Below are positions 54,178 through 63,428 of a DNA stretch of 64,000 nucleotides, piece by piece. Source of the DNA: Candidatus Enterousia sp. Lineage in GTDB: Bacteria > Pseudomonadota > Alphaproteobacteria > Rs-D84. Made by a program: the position numbers and the translations under genes. Each line of letters begins with the position of its first letter. Within the stretch, counting starts at the first letter, position 1. The notes beneath the pieces are model-generated. The model saw nothing but the letters and a program-made list of their open reading frames with translations, searched no databases and was not told the origin of the DNA. Location of the stretch: positions 2,105 to 66,104 of the forward strand of contig JAZONN010000005.1 of assembly GCA_045654485.1 (NCBI GenBank), written 5' to 3'.

Positions 54178-55419
54178 ATGTATATACTTGCACTGAACTG
54201 CGGTTCATCTTCCCTGAAATATCAGGTTTTTGACGCCGATACAAAATCTGTTGTTGTTGGTGGTAACGTTGAAAAAATCGGTCTGCCCGATTCATTTGTT
54301 ACACAAAAATACCCCGACGGTACAAAACAGAAAAAAGAAGCGTCCATGCAAAATCATAACGAGGCCTTGAACGTCGTTATGTTCATGTTACGTGAAGCAT
54401 CCGTTGATATGAACGAAATCCAAGGCGTTGGCCACCGTGTTGTATTGGGTGGTGAAAAATTTGCATCTTCGGTTGAAATCACAGACGAAGTTATCAAAAC
54501 AATCGATGAATTGTCCGCTATTGCGCCTTTGCATAATCCGGCTGCTTTGGTTGGTATCGTCGCTGCACAGCAATTGTTGCCAAATGCGAAACAGGTTGCG
54601 GTATTTGATACTGCGTTCCATCAAACAATGCCTGACTATGCGTATCGTTATGCGGTTCCACGTGCATGGTATTCCGAATTGGGTGTACGTCGCTATGGCT
54701 TCCACGGGACCAGCCACCTGTACGTATCCAAAGTTGCGGCGAAATTGTTGGGTAAACCTGCGAATGAATGCAATTTGATTACATTGCATATTGGTTCGGG
54801 TGCATCTGCCACGGCAATTCGTAACGGTGTATCCGTAGATACGTCTTTGGGTATGACACCTTTGGCCGGTTTAACAATGGGTACACGTCCGGGCGATTTG
54901 GATCCGGGTGTTGTATTGTATGTAATGCAACGTTTGGGATTGTCCGCCGATCAAATGCAGAAACACTTGAACAAAGATTCCGGTTTGTTGGGCTTGACCG
55001 AATGTTATGCCGACCGTCGTGATGTCGAAGGCAACCGTGACACAAACGATTCTTGCCGTTTGGCCATCGAAATGGAGGCCCACAATGTTAAAAAATACAT
55101 TGGTGCATTTATGGCGGAATTGGGTCATGTTGATGCATTGGTATTTACCGCCGGTGTTGGTGAAAACGATGATTATCTGCGTGAAAAATTCTGTTCCGGT
55201 TTGGAAGAATTGGGCATCAAATTGGACTTGGAAAAGAACGCAGCGGCTTTGGCACGCAAAGGTGTTGACTATGCAGAAATCAGCGCACCAGACAGCCGTG
55301 TAAAAGTATTTATGATTGCAACCAACGAAGAATTGGTAATCGTCGAAGATACTTTGGCAATTATGAACGGCACATATAATCCAAACCATTTGGAAATGGA
55401 TTATTCGTTCGCAAAATAA
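54178..55419 (+). CDS. ackA: Acetate kinase
   Basis: MYILALNCGSSSLKYQVF..., RYGFHGTSH and the ending EELVIVEDT. ATG 54178. Confidence 0.95.
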   Translation: MYILALNCGSSSLKYQVFDADTKSVVVGGNVEKIGLPDSFVTQKYPDGTKQKKEASMQNHNEALNVVMFMLREASVDMNEIQGVGHRVVLGGEKFASSVEITDEVIKTIDELSAIAPLHNPAALVGIVAAQQLLPNAKQVAVFDTAFHQTMPDYAYRYAVPRAWYSELGVRRYGFHGTSHLYVSKVAAKLLGKPANECNLITLHIGSGASATAIRNGVSVDTSLGMTPLAGLTMGTRPGDLDPGVVLYVMQRLGLSADQMQKHLNKDSGLLGLTECYADRRDVEGNRDTNDSCRLAIEMEAHNVKKYIGAFMAELGHVDALVFTAGVGENDDYLREKFCSGLEELGIKLDLEKNAAALARKGVDYAEISAPDSRVKVFMIATNEELVIVEDTLAIMNGTYNPNHLEMDYSFAK

Positions 55420-55486
55420 TTTAATCCCCCGTTTGGTGCATTTTTATTATTGAATCTCAATCAAAAATTCACTAAATTTATGTTAA

Positions 55487-57547
55487 ATGAAACGCAGTTT
55501 ATTTGAATTTTTGAATACAGACCTGCAATTTATCAAAGGTGTCGGTCCGGTCTTGGCGGCACGTCTGGATGGCGTGTTGGGCGGACGGCGTGTATTGGAT
55601 TTTTTGTTACATCGTCCGTCGTATGTGCGCAACCGTAATATATCTGAATCTATCACAGACGTTGTGGCCGGCGAAACGGTTACAATCCCATTGTGTATCA
55701 AATCGCATAAAACCGGCGGCGGTTTTTATCGTGGCCGTCGTCGCCCGACCCAGATTATATGTAATGATAAAATGGGCAATACGGTTGTGATTCAATTTTT
55801 TAATGCCAACTTTTTGGATTATTGGCTGAAAAAGATGCCGGTTGGATCATGGCGTATGATATCGGGCCGATTGGAACGTTCGACCGCCCGCCCAACAATT
55901 AACCATCCCGATTTTATCGAAGAAATTCAAAATGCATCTAAAATCCCTATGGCTCAGGCGATATATCCGTCTGGCGAAGGTTTAACACAAAAAGTTTTCG
56001 CAAACATCCGTGATCAGATTTTTTCCAAATTGCCTGAATATACTGCCGGCGAATCCGATGAACGTGTTATTGAATTTTTTGATGCTTTATCGCACATACA
56101 TCATCCCCAAACCGATGCGGACTTGGCGCCGAATAATACATATATGGCGAAATTGGCGTATTGTGAATTGCTGGCGCATCAATCTGCGATTGTGATAAGC
56201 CGTCGTAATCGTATCGATATTCGCAACCGTCGTCCATTGCGTTCCCTGCGGTATGATTTAATGGATAAATTCTATGCGTTATTACCGTTTGAAATGACGG
56301 ACGCCCAACGTCGTACAGTTGATGAAATTTATACAGATATGAAATCAGACACCCCGATGATGCGCTTGGTCCAAGGCGACGTGGGCAGTGGTAAAACAAT
56401 CGTTGCATTGGCTGCGGCGGTTAAAATGGCGGAATATGGGGCGCAAACGGCATTGTTGGCGCCAACCGATACTTTGGCACAACAGCATTATGCAAAAATT
56501 CGTCCGATATGCGATGCGCTGGGGTTGGTGTGTGATGTGTTAACGGGTCGTGACAAAGGCGTTGCACGTCGTGAAAAATTAATATCATTGCGATCTGGAC
56601 GAACACGAATTGTGATTGGTACGCATGCACTGTTTTCCGAAGATGTCGAATACAAAGATTTGGGATTGGTTATTGTTGATGAACAACATCGCTTTGGTGT
56701 GGCTCAACGTGAATCTCTGCGCAGCAAAGGCAACAATCCTGATTTGTTGGCACTGTCTGCGACCCCAATCCCACGTACTTTATCTATGACGATATATGGC
56801 GATATGGATGTATCGATTATAAATCAAAAGCCCGCCGGCCGTAAACCAATTAAAACATCCAAAATATCCAATGGACGCATAGTTGAATTGATTAATCGTA
56901 TTAAATTACAGGTGACCGACGGGACAAAAGTATTCTGGGTGTGTCCATTGGTCGAAGAAACAGAAAACGGATTGGATATGACGGCGGCGGTTGAACGTCA
57001 TAAGATGTTATGTGAATATTTCCCAACGGCGGGATTGGTGCATGGTCAAATGGACAAACGTGTGCGTGATTCTGTTATGGCAAAATTTGCAGACAATTCA
57101 TCTGATATGAATGTATTGGTTGCCACCACGGTCATAGAGGTTGGTATCGATGTTCCGCGTGCATCTATCATTGTAATTGAAAATGCTGAACGTTTTGGCT
57201 TGGCGGCATTGCATCAATTGCGTGGTCGTGTTGGTCGTGGTGATATTCAATCGTATTGTATATTGGTCTTTGGGCGCAATGTACGCGAAGAAGGTCTGCG
57301 TCGTCTGGACGTTTTATGTGAAACCGAAGACGGCTTTGTAATTGCAGAGCAAGATTTGATTATGCGTGGGGTTGGTGAATTATTGGGTACGCGCCAAAGC
57401 GGTTGGATGCACTATCATTTTGTTGATTATCGTGACCACAGGGATTTATTCAAATTGGCATCACGTGCCGCACGTGATAATGAAATGGATACATGGACGG
57501 ATGATTTGATGTTTATATTTAATCGTGGGGTTGTTGCCGGTGTTTAA
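55487..57547 (+). CDS. recG: ATP-dependent DNA helicase RecG
   Basis: Wedge domain followed by helicase motifs (QGDVGSGKT, DEQHRFG, SATPIPRT, QLRGRVGRG). Confidence 0.95.
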   Translation: MKRSLFEFLNTDLQFIKGVGPVLAARLDGVLGGRRVLDFLLHRPSYVRNRNISESITDVVAGETVTIPLCIKSHKTGGGFYRGRRRPTQIICNDKMGNTVVIQFFNANFLDYWLKKMPVGSWRMISGRLERSTARPTINHPDFIEEIQNASKIPMAQAIYPSGEGLTQKVFANIRDQIFSKLPEYTAGESDERVIEFFDALSHIHHPQTDADLAPNNTYMAKLAYCELLAHQSAIVISRRNRIDIRNRRPLRSLRYDLMDKFYALLPFEMTDAQRRTVDEIYTDMKSDTPMMRLVQGDVGSGKTIVALAAAVKMAEYGAQTALLAPTDTLAQQHYAKIRPICDALGLVCDVLTGRDKGVARREKLISLRSGRTRIVIGTHALFSEDVEYKDLGLVIVDEQHRFGVAQRESLRSKGNNPDLLALSATPIPRTLSMTIYGDMDVSIINQKPAGRKPIKTSKISNGRIVELINRIKLQVTDGTKVFWVCPLVEETENGLDMTAAVERHKMLCEYFPTAGLVHGQMDKRVRDSVMAKFADNSSDMNVLVATTVIEVGIDVPRASIIVIENAERFGLAALHQLRGRVGRGDIQSYCILVFGRNVREEGLRRLDVLCETEDGFVIAEQDLIMRGVGELLGTRQSGWMHYHFVDYRDHRDLFKLASRAARDNEMDTWTDDLMFIFNRGVVAGV

Positions 57548-58856
57548 GCGTTTATTGATTTTGGTTGCTGTGTTGTTTTCGTCGCCTGCGATATGTGCGT
57601 CAATTATTAATGATACGGAAACGGAACGATTATTAAATGCATTGGTTTCTCCATTGGCAACCGCTGCGGATATTCCGGCGGATCGTCTGCGTATTCATAT
57701 TGTAAACGATACGGATTTTAATGCGTTTGTATCCGGTGGTGAAGACGTTTATATTTATACGGGCCTGTTGACACAGATACGTACCCCCGATGCGTTACAG
57801 GCGGTAATTGCGCACGAATTGGGGCATATGACGGGTGGGCATATGGTGCAAATGGCGGATCGTATGGCGGCGGAAATGCGTCGCACTATGTTGATTCAGG
57901 CATTAGGTGTCGGCTTAATGGTTGCGGGTGGAAATCCATCATTGGGGGCGGGGGTGTTGGCTGGTTCTTCCGGTGTGGCCCAGCAATCTATGTTGTCATT
58001 TACACGTGACGAAGAACGTATTGCCGATCGTATGGGGGTTGATTTAATGATACGTGCGGGACAAAATCCATACGCCTTTATAACGGTATTGAACCAAATG
58101 CATGACTTGACCGGCGTCTTGGAAGAGGGCATAAATCCAAACCGTATCAATCACCCTTTGACAACAGAACGTTTAAATAATGTGCGTGCGCATTTGTCGG
58201 ATGTGTTGGATGATTATTCGCCGGATAAAAAATATACATCGCCACACGCGTCGGAATACGAAATGGTTCGTGCAAAGTTGGTTGGTTATTTGGATGCGCC
58301 ATCTCACGTGTTGGAACTGTATCCATATACCGATAAATCCAATCCTGCGTTATATGCGCGTGCCATTGCAAATATGCGTGGCGGTGATTTGGCGACCGCG
58401 CGTACAGGCGTGCAAACCTTGATACATCGTATGCCGAATAACCCATATTTGTACGAGTTGTTGGGTGATATTGATTATCAATTTGGTCATTACGATGACA
58501 GTATAACCGCATACGAACGTGCGTTGGAATTAACGTCAAATGCGCCCCAGATAGAAACAGCACTGGCGTTGGTTTTAACCGAACGTAGCAAACCGACCGA
58601 TACTACACGTGCGATTGAATTATGTAAACGTTCGCTGTTGTCATCGCCTATGCCATTGACGTATTGGGTTTTGGCACGTGCCTATGGTGATAAAGATGCG
58701 GGGCGACACGCATGGGCGATGGCAGAATTTTATAATATGAATGGCCGGAAATCCGAAGCAAAAAAATACGCACGTCGCGCGCAACAAAAATTAAAGAAAA
58801 CCGACCCCGAATATATCAAGGCCGGCGATATTTTGGCGGAAACCATATCGGATTAA
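57525..58856 (+). CDS. Periplasmic M48-family metalloprotease with TPR region (BepA/YfgC-like)
   Basis: Signal peptide, the HExxH motif in AHELGHMTGGH and a C-terminal TPR-like helical region. The start is uncertain (GTG 57525, or GTG 57540 giving VFKRLLILVAVLF). It overlaps the recG end. Confidence 0.85.
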   Translation: MGLLPVFKRLLILVAVLFSSPAICASIINDTETERLLNALVSPLATAADIPADRLRIHIVNDTDFNAFVSGGEDVYIYTGLLTQIRTPDALQAVIAHELGHMTGGHMVQMADRMAAEMRRTMLIQALGVGLMVAGGNPSLGAGVLAGSSGVAQQSMLSFTRDEERIADRMGVDLMIRAGQNPYAFITVLNQMHDLTGVLEEGINPNRINHPLTTERLNNVRAHLSDVLDDYSPDKKYTSPHASEYEMVRAKLVGYLDAPSHVLELYPYTDKSNPALYARAIANMRGGDLATARTGVQTLIHRMPNNPYLYELLGDIDYQFGHYDDSITAYERALELTSNAPQIETALALVLTERSKPTDTTRAIELCKRSLLSSPMPLTYWVLARAYGDKDAGRHAWAMAEFYNMNGRKSEAKKYARRAQQKLKKTDPEYIKAGDILAETISD

Positions 58857-59443
58857 TTGCGTTTGATATTTTCTGCAACGAAATCCCAATTAACCAAATT
58901 ATCTAAGAAAGCGTCAATAAAATCTGCGCGTTTGTTTTTGTAATCTAAATAGTACGCATGTTCCCAGACGTCCAAATTTAACAAAGGTTTCATATTGTTT
59001 GTAATTGGCGTTTCAGCGTCCTTGGTATTGATGATTTTGAATTCATCTTTGTCTTGAACCAACCAAGTATATCCACTGCCAAACAATGCGGCCGCGGAAT
59101 CTTTGAATTGTTTTTTCAAATTTTCTGCACTGCCAAATGCCTTGATTAATTCTTCTGGGATTTGTGTGTTGCATTGTGCGCACATTCCATTAAAAAAGAA
59201 ATTATGATTATAAATCTGTGCGGCGTTATTAAAAATTTTTTTATCGTCTGGGTTTTGTGCGCTGGTCTGAATTATTTCCAACAAAGGCACGGATTCATAC
59301 GGTGTGTTTTCTATTAAATTATTCAAATTATTGATATACGTTGCGACATGCTTACCATGATGTGTTTCTATTGTTTCTTGTGAAATATAAGGCGACAGGG
59401 CATCTGTTGCATATGGTAATGGAAATTCGGTTAACGCGAACAT
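58853..59443 (-). CDS. sodB: Superoxide dismutase, Fe/Mn family (Fe-type-like)
   Basis: MFALTEFPLPYATDALSPYISQETIETHHGKHV, NNAAQIYNHNFFF and DVWEHAYYLDY. ATG 59443 is preceded by AAGGAGA. Confidence 0.93.
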   Translation of the reverse strand: MFALTEFPLPYATDALSPYISQETIETHHGKHVATYINNLNNLIENTPYESVPLLEIIQTSAQNPDDKKIFNNAAQIYNHNFFFNGMCAQCNTQIPEELIKAFGSAENLKKQFKDSAAALFGSGYTWLVQDKDEFKIINTKDAETPITNNMKPLLNLDVWEHAYYLDYKNKRADFIDAFLDNLVNWDFVAENIKRN

Positions 59444-59579
59444 ATGGTTTTCTCCTTTGTTATTTTTATGGCAAATAGTATTCCGAAAATCGTTAATTTT
59501 CAACAGGAATCATTTATTAAAAAGCACTTGCGCAGTTAAACAAATATTTTCTATAATCGAAACATTGAAAGGAGTAAAA

Positions 59580-60170
59580 ATGAAAAAATTAACATTCTTA
59601 TCTGCATTATTTGGTTTAACATTTGCTGGTGCGGCATCTGCGGCTGATATTACAATTTATCATTCGCCATCTTGCCCACATTGCCATCATGCGCGTGATT
59701 TTATCACCAACACATTGGTATATGAATATCCTGAATTAAAGGTCACCGAAGTAAACGTTACGGACCCTGCAAACCGTGATATGTTTATGGCGACATTGGA
59801 AAAATGTGGTTTTGAATCTGGTGGTGTTCCTGTTATTGTTATTGGCGACAAATGTGAACAGGGTTATGCCGACTTTATGCAGGATTCATTGCGTGAATCT
59901 GTCGAAGTTGACTTAAACGACGAACAGAAAGCAGCCGCTGCAGAAAATAAAAAAGCAATGGCCGAAGATGCAGAAAAATTCAAAGCAGAACATGCCGAAC
60001 GTGCATCTGCCGTAACAGAATACAGCGCAGTTGTGGCCGAAGAAGCCACCACTGCGGCCGAAGAATCTGCGCCGGCCACCCAAGGCAGCACAACATGGTT
60101 TTATGCATTGTTGATTGTATTGGTTGCTGGTTTGGGCTATGTATTGGTTCGCAAAGACAAAAAGAAATAA
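59580..60170 (+). CDS. Exported thioredoxin/glutaredoxin-fold protein with CPHC active site and C-terminal membrane anchor
   Basis: Signal peptide MKKLTFLSALFGLTFAGAASA, then ITIYHSPSCPHCHHARDF...GVPVIVIGDK. An Ala/Glu-rich linker and a terminal TM (WFYALLIVLVAGLGYVLV) follow. Preceded by the SD aaaggag. Confidence 0.75.
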   Translation: MKKLTFLSALFGLTFAGAASAADITIYHSPSCPHCHHARDFITNTLVYEYPELKVTEVNVTDPANRDMFMATLEKCGFESGGVPVIVIGDKCEQGYADFMQDSLRESVEVDLNDEQKAAAAENKKAMAEDAEKFKAEHAERASAVTEYSAVVAEEATTAAEESAPATQGSTTWFYALLIVLVAGLGYVLVRKDKKK

Positions 60171-60208
60171 ATTTGGTATAAACAGTAAAATATAAATCAG
60201 GATTTGCA

Positions 60209-60946
60209 ATGTTTGATTTAACCATTTTGGATTACGTATATATTGGCATTATTTTGGGGTCGACCATTTGGGCGACGTTACGTGGTGGGGTTTATGAAAC
60301 CATTGCAACGTTGTCGTGGGTCGTGGCCGCCGTATCTGCGCGATTTGCGTCCCCGTGGTTGGATAAAATGTTGCAATCTTGGTTTGATTTGTCGGGGTCA
60401 ACCGTTGGCACATTGGTTGCGTCTTACTTTGTTGTATTTTTTGCAGTTTTGATGTTGGTTGGATTCTTTAATCAACGTCTGCGTGAAAAAATCCAAGACA
60501 GTATAATGAACGTAACGGATAAAACGTTGGGTGTTATATTCGGCATTGTTCGCGGCGTTGTTGTTATGGGCATATTTTATTGGGGGGCATTGTGGTATTA
60601 TTCCGATATGCCACGTTTGCCGTCTTGGTTGGCCACATCGCGCACGCGTCCGATTATGCAATTGACTGCATCTAAGTTAGATCAATGGTTTTTCCCGGGG
60701 CCGGAAAATAAATTGTTGGCACGTGATTTGGCCGGCACACACGAAGCGATTGAAATTTATAATAATTTGATAAATCCTGCGGTTAAATCGGATGCGTCTG
60801 ATAATAAATCGGATTCTGCGACCGACGAAACGGGATATAAATCATCGGAACGCGCGGCATTGGAAAATCAATTGTTGCAATTGGAAACGGTTGCGCGTGC
60901 GGTTGAACAGCGTGCAGAATCAACCGATGATATGGTAACGGAATAA
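60209..60946 (+). CDS. cvpA: CvpA-family membrane protein
   Basis: N-terminal CvpA-like TM pattern (ILDYVYIGIILGSTIWATLRGGVYETIATLSWVVA). Confidence 0.8.
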   Translation: MFDLTILDYVYIGIILGSTIWATLRGGVYETIATLSWVVAAVSARFASPWLDKMLQSWFDLSGSTVGTLVASYFVVFFAVLMLVGFFNQRLREKIQDSIMNVTDKTLGVIFGIVRGVVVMGIFYWGALWYYSDMPRLPSWLATSRTRPIMQLTASKLDQWFFPGPENKLLARDLAGTHEAIEIYNNLINPAVKSDASDNKSDSATDETGYKSSERAALENQLLQLETVARAVEQRAESTDDMVTE

Positions 60947-60947
60947 A

Positions 60948-60973
60948 GAAAAACCGCAATGGCGGTTTTTTTT
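60948..60973 (+). terminator. Intrinsic terminator after cvpA
   Basis: aaaAACCGCaatgGCGGTTtttttt. Confidence 0.8.
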
Positions 60974-61271
60974 AATGTGCGTTCATTAATCGTATATCGT
61001 CAAATTCGGGGTATTTATTAAACATTGCCTGTGCAAATGGACACATTGTAATAATATGTCTGTGTTGTCTGCGTGCCATATTTGCCACATTTCTAACCAG
61101 ATTTAATCCGATATTTTGATGTCTGTATTCCGGGGCGACGTCTGTGTGTTCTATAATTATTTTATCGACTCCGACACGTATATATGTAATTTCGCCAACG
61201 TTTTGGTTGTCCGATATGGCATAAATCGTATTATCGTTTTCTGATATAATATATTGAATATCTTGTGTCAT
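60972..61271 (-). CDS. Small GNAT-like N-acetyltransferase (YjdJ type, 99 aa)
   Basis: GEITYIRVGVDKIIIEHTDVAPEYRHQNIGLNLVRNVANMARRQHRHIITMCPFA fits the minimal GNAT (Acetyltransf_CG-like) pattern. Confidence 0.7.
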   Translation of the reverse strand: MTQDIQYIISENDNTIYAISDNQNVGEITYIRVGVDKIIIEHTDVAPEYRHQNIGLNLVRNVANMARRQHRHIITMCPFAQAMFNKYPEFDDIRLMNAH

Positions 61272-61322
61272 AGTTATTAATATATCACGTCATCTTCCAA
61301 AAATATATATGATACTATTCAA

Positions 61323-61350
61323 AATAAAAATCCGGTTAAACCGGATTTTG
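61323..61350 (-). terminator. Palindromic terminator after ldh (A/T tracts on both sides)
   Basis: aaaaAATCCGGTTAAACCGGATTttgttt. Confidence 0.7.
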
Positions 61351-61351
61351 T

Positions 61352-62281
61352 TTACAGGGAATCAAAGTTTTTCCGAATGATTTTTGCGCTGCGTCGTAAA
61401 GCTGCGCTTTCTGTGGTGTCAAGTTTCGGCATTAATGTTGCAACCACACCATTGTTTCCAACAATGCGCGGCAAAGACATTGCAACCGCTTTATCCAATG
61501 TTCCGTCAACGGTACTGACACTTAAAATTCTGCGTTCGTCATTGGCGATACATTTGACCAAGTCCGCAACCGCACCGGCGATACCGTCCCATGTTGCGCC
61601 ACGTCCTTGGATAATTTCGTATGCCGCATTATGTACACGGTGTTCGATTGTTTTGCGTGTCGTTGCGGGCAGGGTGTTTTTCGTCTGTTTACAGAAAGTA
61701 TTCAAATCAATTCCGCCGATGCATGCCGAAGACCAATTAATCATACTGCTGTCGCCGTGTTCGCCCAATACATACGTATAAACGGATTGTGTTGATACCG
61801 ACAATTGTCGTGCCAAAATTGTACGCAGACGTGCCGAATCCAACATAGTTCCCGTTCCAATAACACGGCCGGCCGGTAATTTAGATATCTTTTGTGCCAA
61901 CATAACCATAACATCCAAAGGATTAGTGACCACGATAATTTTTACATTCTTTGTATCGACGTTTGCCATAACACGTGGGATTATATCATTTATAACTTCG
62001 GCATTTGCGTGCAGCAAATCAGTTCTTGTTTCCCCGATTTTTTGGTTTGCGCCTGCGGCAATGATAACGATTTCGCTGCCACGAATTGCACGGTAATTAT
62101 TCACGGCGGTAATTTTTACATCATATGAAAAAGCGGCTGCGTGTCCCAAATCCTCTGCGGCGGCACGTGCCCGCACACCATTTCTATCAAATAAAACGAT
62201 TTCGTGTGCCAATCCTGTGTTTTTAACGGCGGTTGCAACTGCGGCACCAACTGTGCCGATACCAATAATAGAAATTTTCAT
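61352..62281 (-). CDS. ldh: L-lactate dehydrogenase (LDH/MDH superfamily; Gln at the substrate-discriminating position)
   Basis: NAD-binding site MKISIIGIGTVGAAVA. AGANQKIGETRTDL carries Q rather than the R of MDHs. Contains the VLGEHGDS motif. Confidence 0.85.
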   Translation of the reverse strand: MKISIIGIGTVGAAVATAVKNTGLAHEIVLFDRNGVRARAAAEDLGHAAAFSYDVKITAVNNYRAIRGSEIVIIAAGANQKIGETRTDLLHANAEVINDIIPRVMANVDTKNVKIIVVTNPLDVMVMLAQKISKLPAGRVIGTGTMLDSARLRTILARQLSVSTQSVYTYVLGEHGDSSMINWSSACIGGIDLNTFCKQTKNTLPATTRKTIEHRVHNAAYEIIQGRGATWDGIAGAVADLVKCIANDERRILSVSTVDGTLDKAVAMSLPRIVGNNGVVATLMPKLDTTESAALRRSAKIIRKNFDSL

Positions 62282-62350
62282 ACTCTCTCCCTAATACATG
62301 TTTATTATATCACAAGAATTTTATTATTTGTATGGGAATGATTATAAAAA

Positions 62351-62899
62351 TTATCTCATTTTTTTAACGTATTCTGCAATTAGTGTCGGATTGTGTAAAA
62401 AATGCAAAAACGTTTGATACAGTGCTTCTTCTGATGCGGATGCGGCGCATCTAAATGGAACGACGTGGCTCCATTGTGGTATTAACAAACTGTAATTCTG
62501 CGTTGTTGTGTTGTGCATAATTATATTTCCAAAGATATGTCGCCCCAATGGATGATACATTGGTTGCTTAACCGATTTTGCATCTGAAACCTTGGCGACA
62601 AATGCGATTGGTTGCCACGATACATTTGGGCAGTACGTATTATATCTTTCATGGAACAGGGGGATATGGTTTTTTATTTGTTGTATGCCCACTACGATTT
62701 GTGAATTATATTTACGGCTGACAGGTTTGTTTTGAATAATATTATAGAACACACACCCATCTGGATTATCATTTAATACCAAATGTAATTCTGGTTCGGT
62801 CAAAGGCGTTCTGTTGTTTTCTGGTTTATCTGTTTTTTCAAAAAAATCTTTATCTATATCCAAAACATCCCGCAGCAAATCTTTTAAATTCATATACAA
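62351..62899 (-). CDS. Hypothetical protein (182 aa)
   Basis: Complete ORF with no recognisable motif. Confidence 0.5.
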   Translation of the reverse strand: MYMNLKDLLRDVLDIDKDFFEKTDKPENNRTPLTEPELHLVLNDNPDGCVFYNIIQNKPVSRKYNSQIVVGIQQIKNHIPLFHERYNTYCPNVSWQPIAFVAKVSDAKSVKQPMYHPLGRHIFGNIIMHNTTTQNYSLLIPQWSHVVPFRCAASASEEALYQTFLHFLHNPTLIAEYVKKMR

Positions 62900-62943
62900 C
62901 CCTTTTAAGAAGGATTATCTTAATACCTTTTAATTACAAAGTC

Positions 62944-62966
62944 AAAAAAATCCCCCAATGGGGGAT
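62944..62966 (-). terminator. Intrinsic terminator after the cyclophilin gene
   Basis: The minus strand reads ATCCCCCattGGGGGATttttttt. Confidence 0.8.
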
Positions 62967-62969
62967 TGA

Positions 62970-63428
62970 TTATAACAATTCCATCTTGATAATTTTATCT
63001 GGGTTATCGACGTGTCCGTTGTCAAATTCATCACCACGTTTAATTTTATCAACGTGTTCCATTCCCGACACAACGCGTCCCCACACGGTATAATTTCCGT
63101 TCAAGAAATTGCAGTCATCAAAGCATATGAAAAATTGTGAGTCCGCCGAATTAACATCCATTGCCCGTGCCATTCCAACTGTGCCACGTGCGAAATTTTC
63201 TTTGGAAAATTCTGCGGGGATTTTAACGCCACTGCCGCCACATCCGGTGCCATCTGGACATCCGGTCTGTGCCATAAATCCATCGATAACACGATGAAAT
63301 TTTAAACCATCATAGAATCCACTTTTTACCAATTGGGTAATACGTTCAACGTGCTTTGGTGCAACGGTTGGTAATGTTTCGATAACCACATCACCTGTTT
63401 CCAAAGTCATCTTAATTTGATTTGTCAT
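62970..63428 (-). CDS. ppiB: Peptidyl-prolyl cis-trans isomerase, cyclophilin type
   Basis: FHRVIDGFMAQTGCPDGTGCGGSG...FFICFDDCNFLNGNYTVWGRVV. I prefer ATG 63428 (SD AAGGAAA upstream). Alternatives are ATG 63410 and the ORF-track start at 63452. Confidence 0.9.
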   Translation of the reverse strand: MTNQIKMTLETGDVVIETLPTVAPKHVERITQLVKSGFYDGLKFHRVIDGFMAQTGCPDGTGCGGSGVKIPAEFSKENFARGTVGMARAMDVNSADSQFFICFDDCNFLNGNYTVWGRVVSGMEHVDKIKRGDEFDNGHVDNPDKIIKMELL

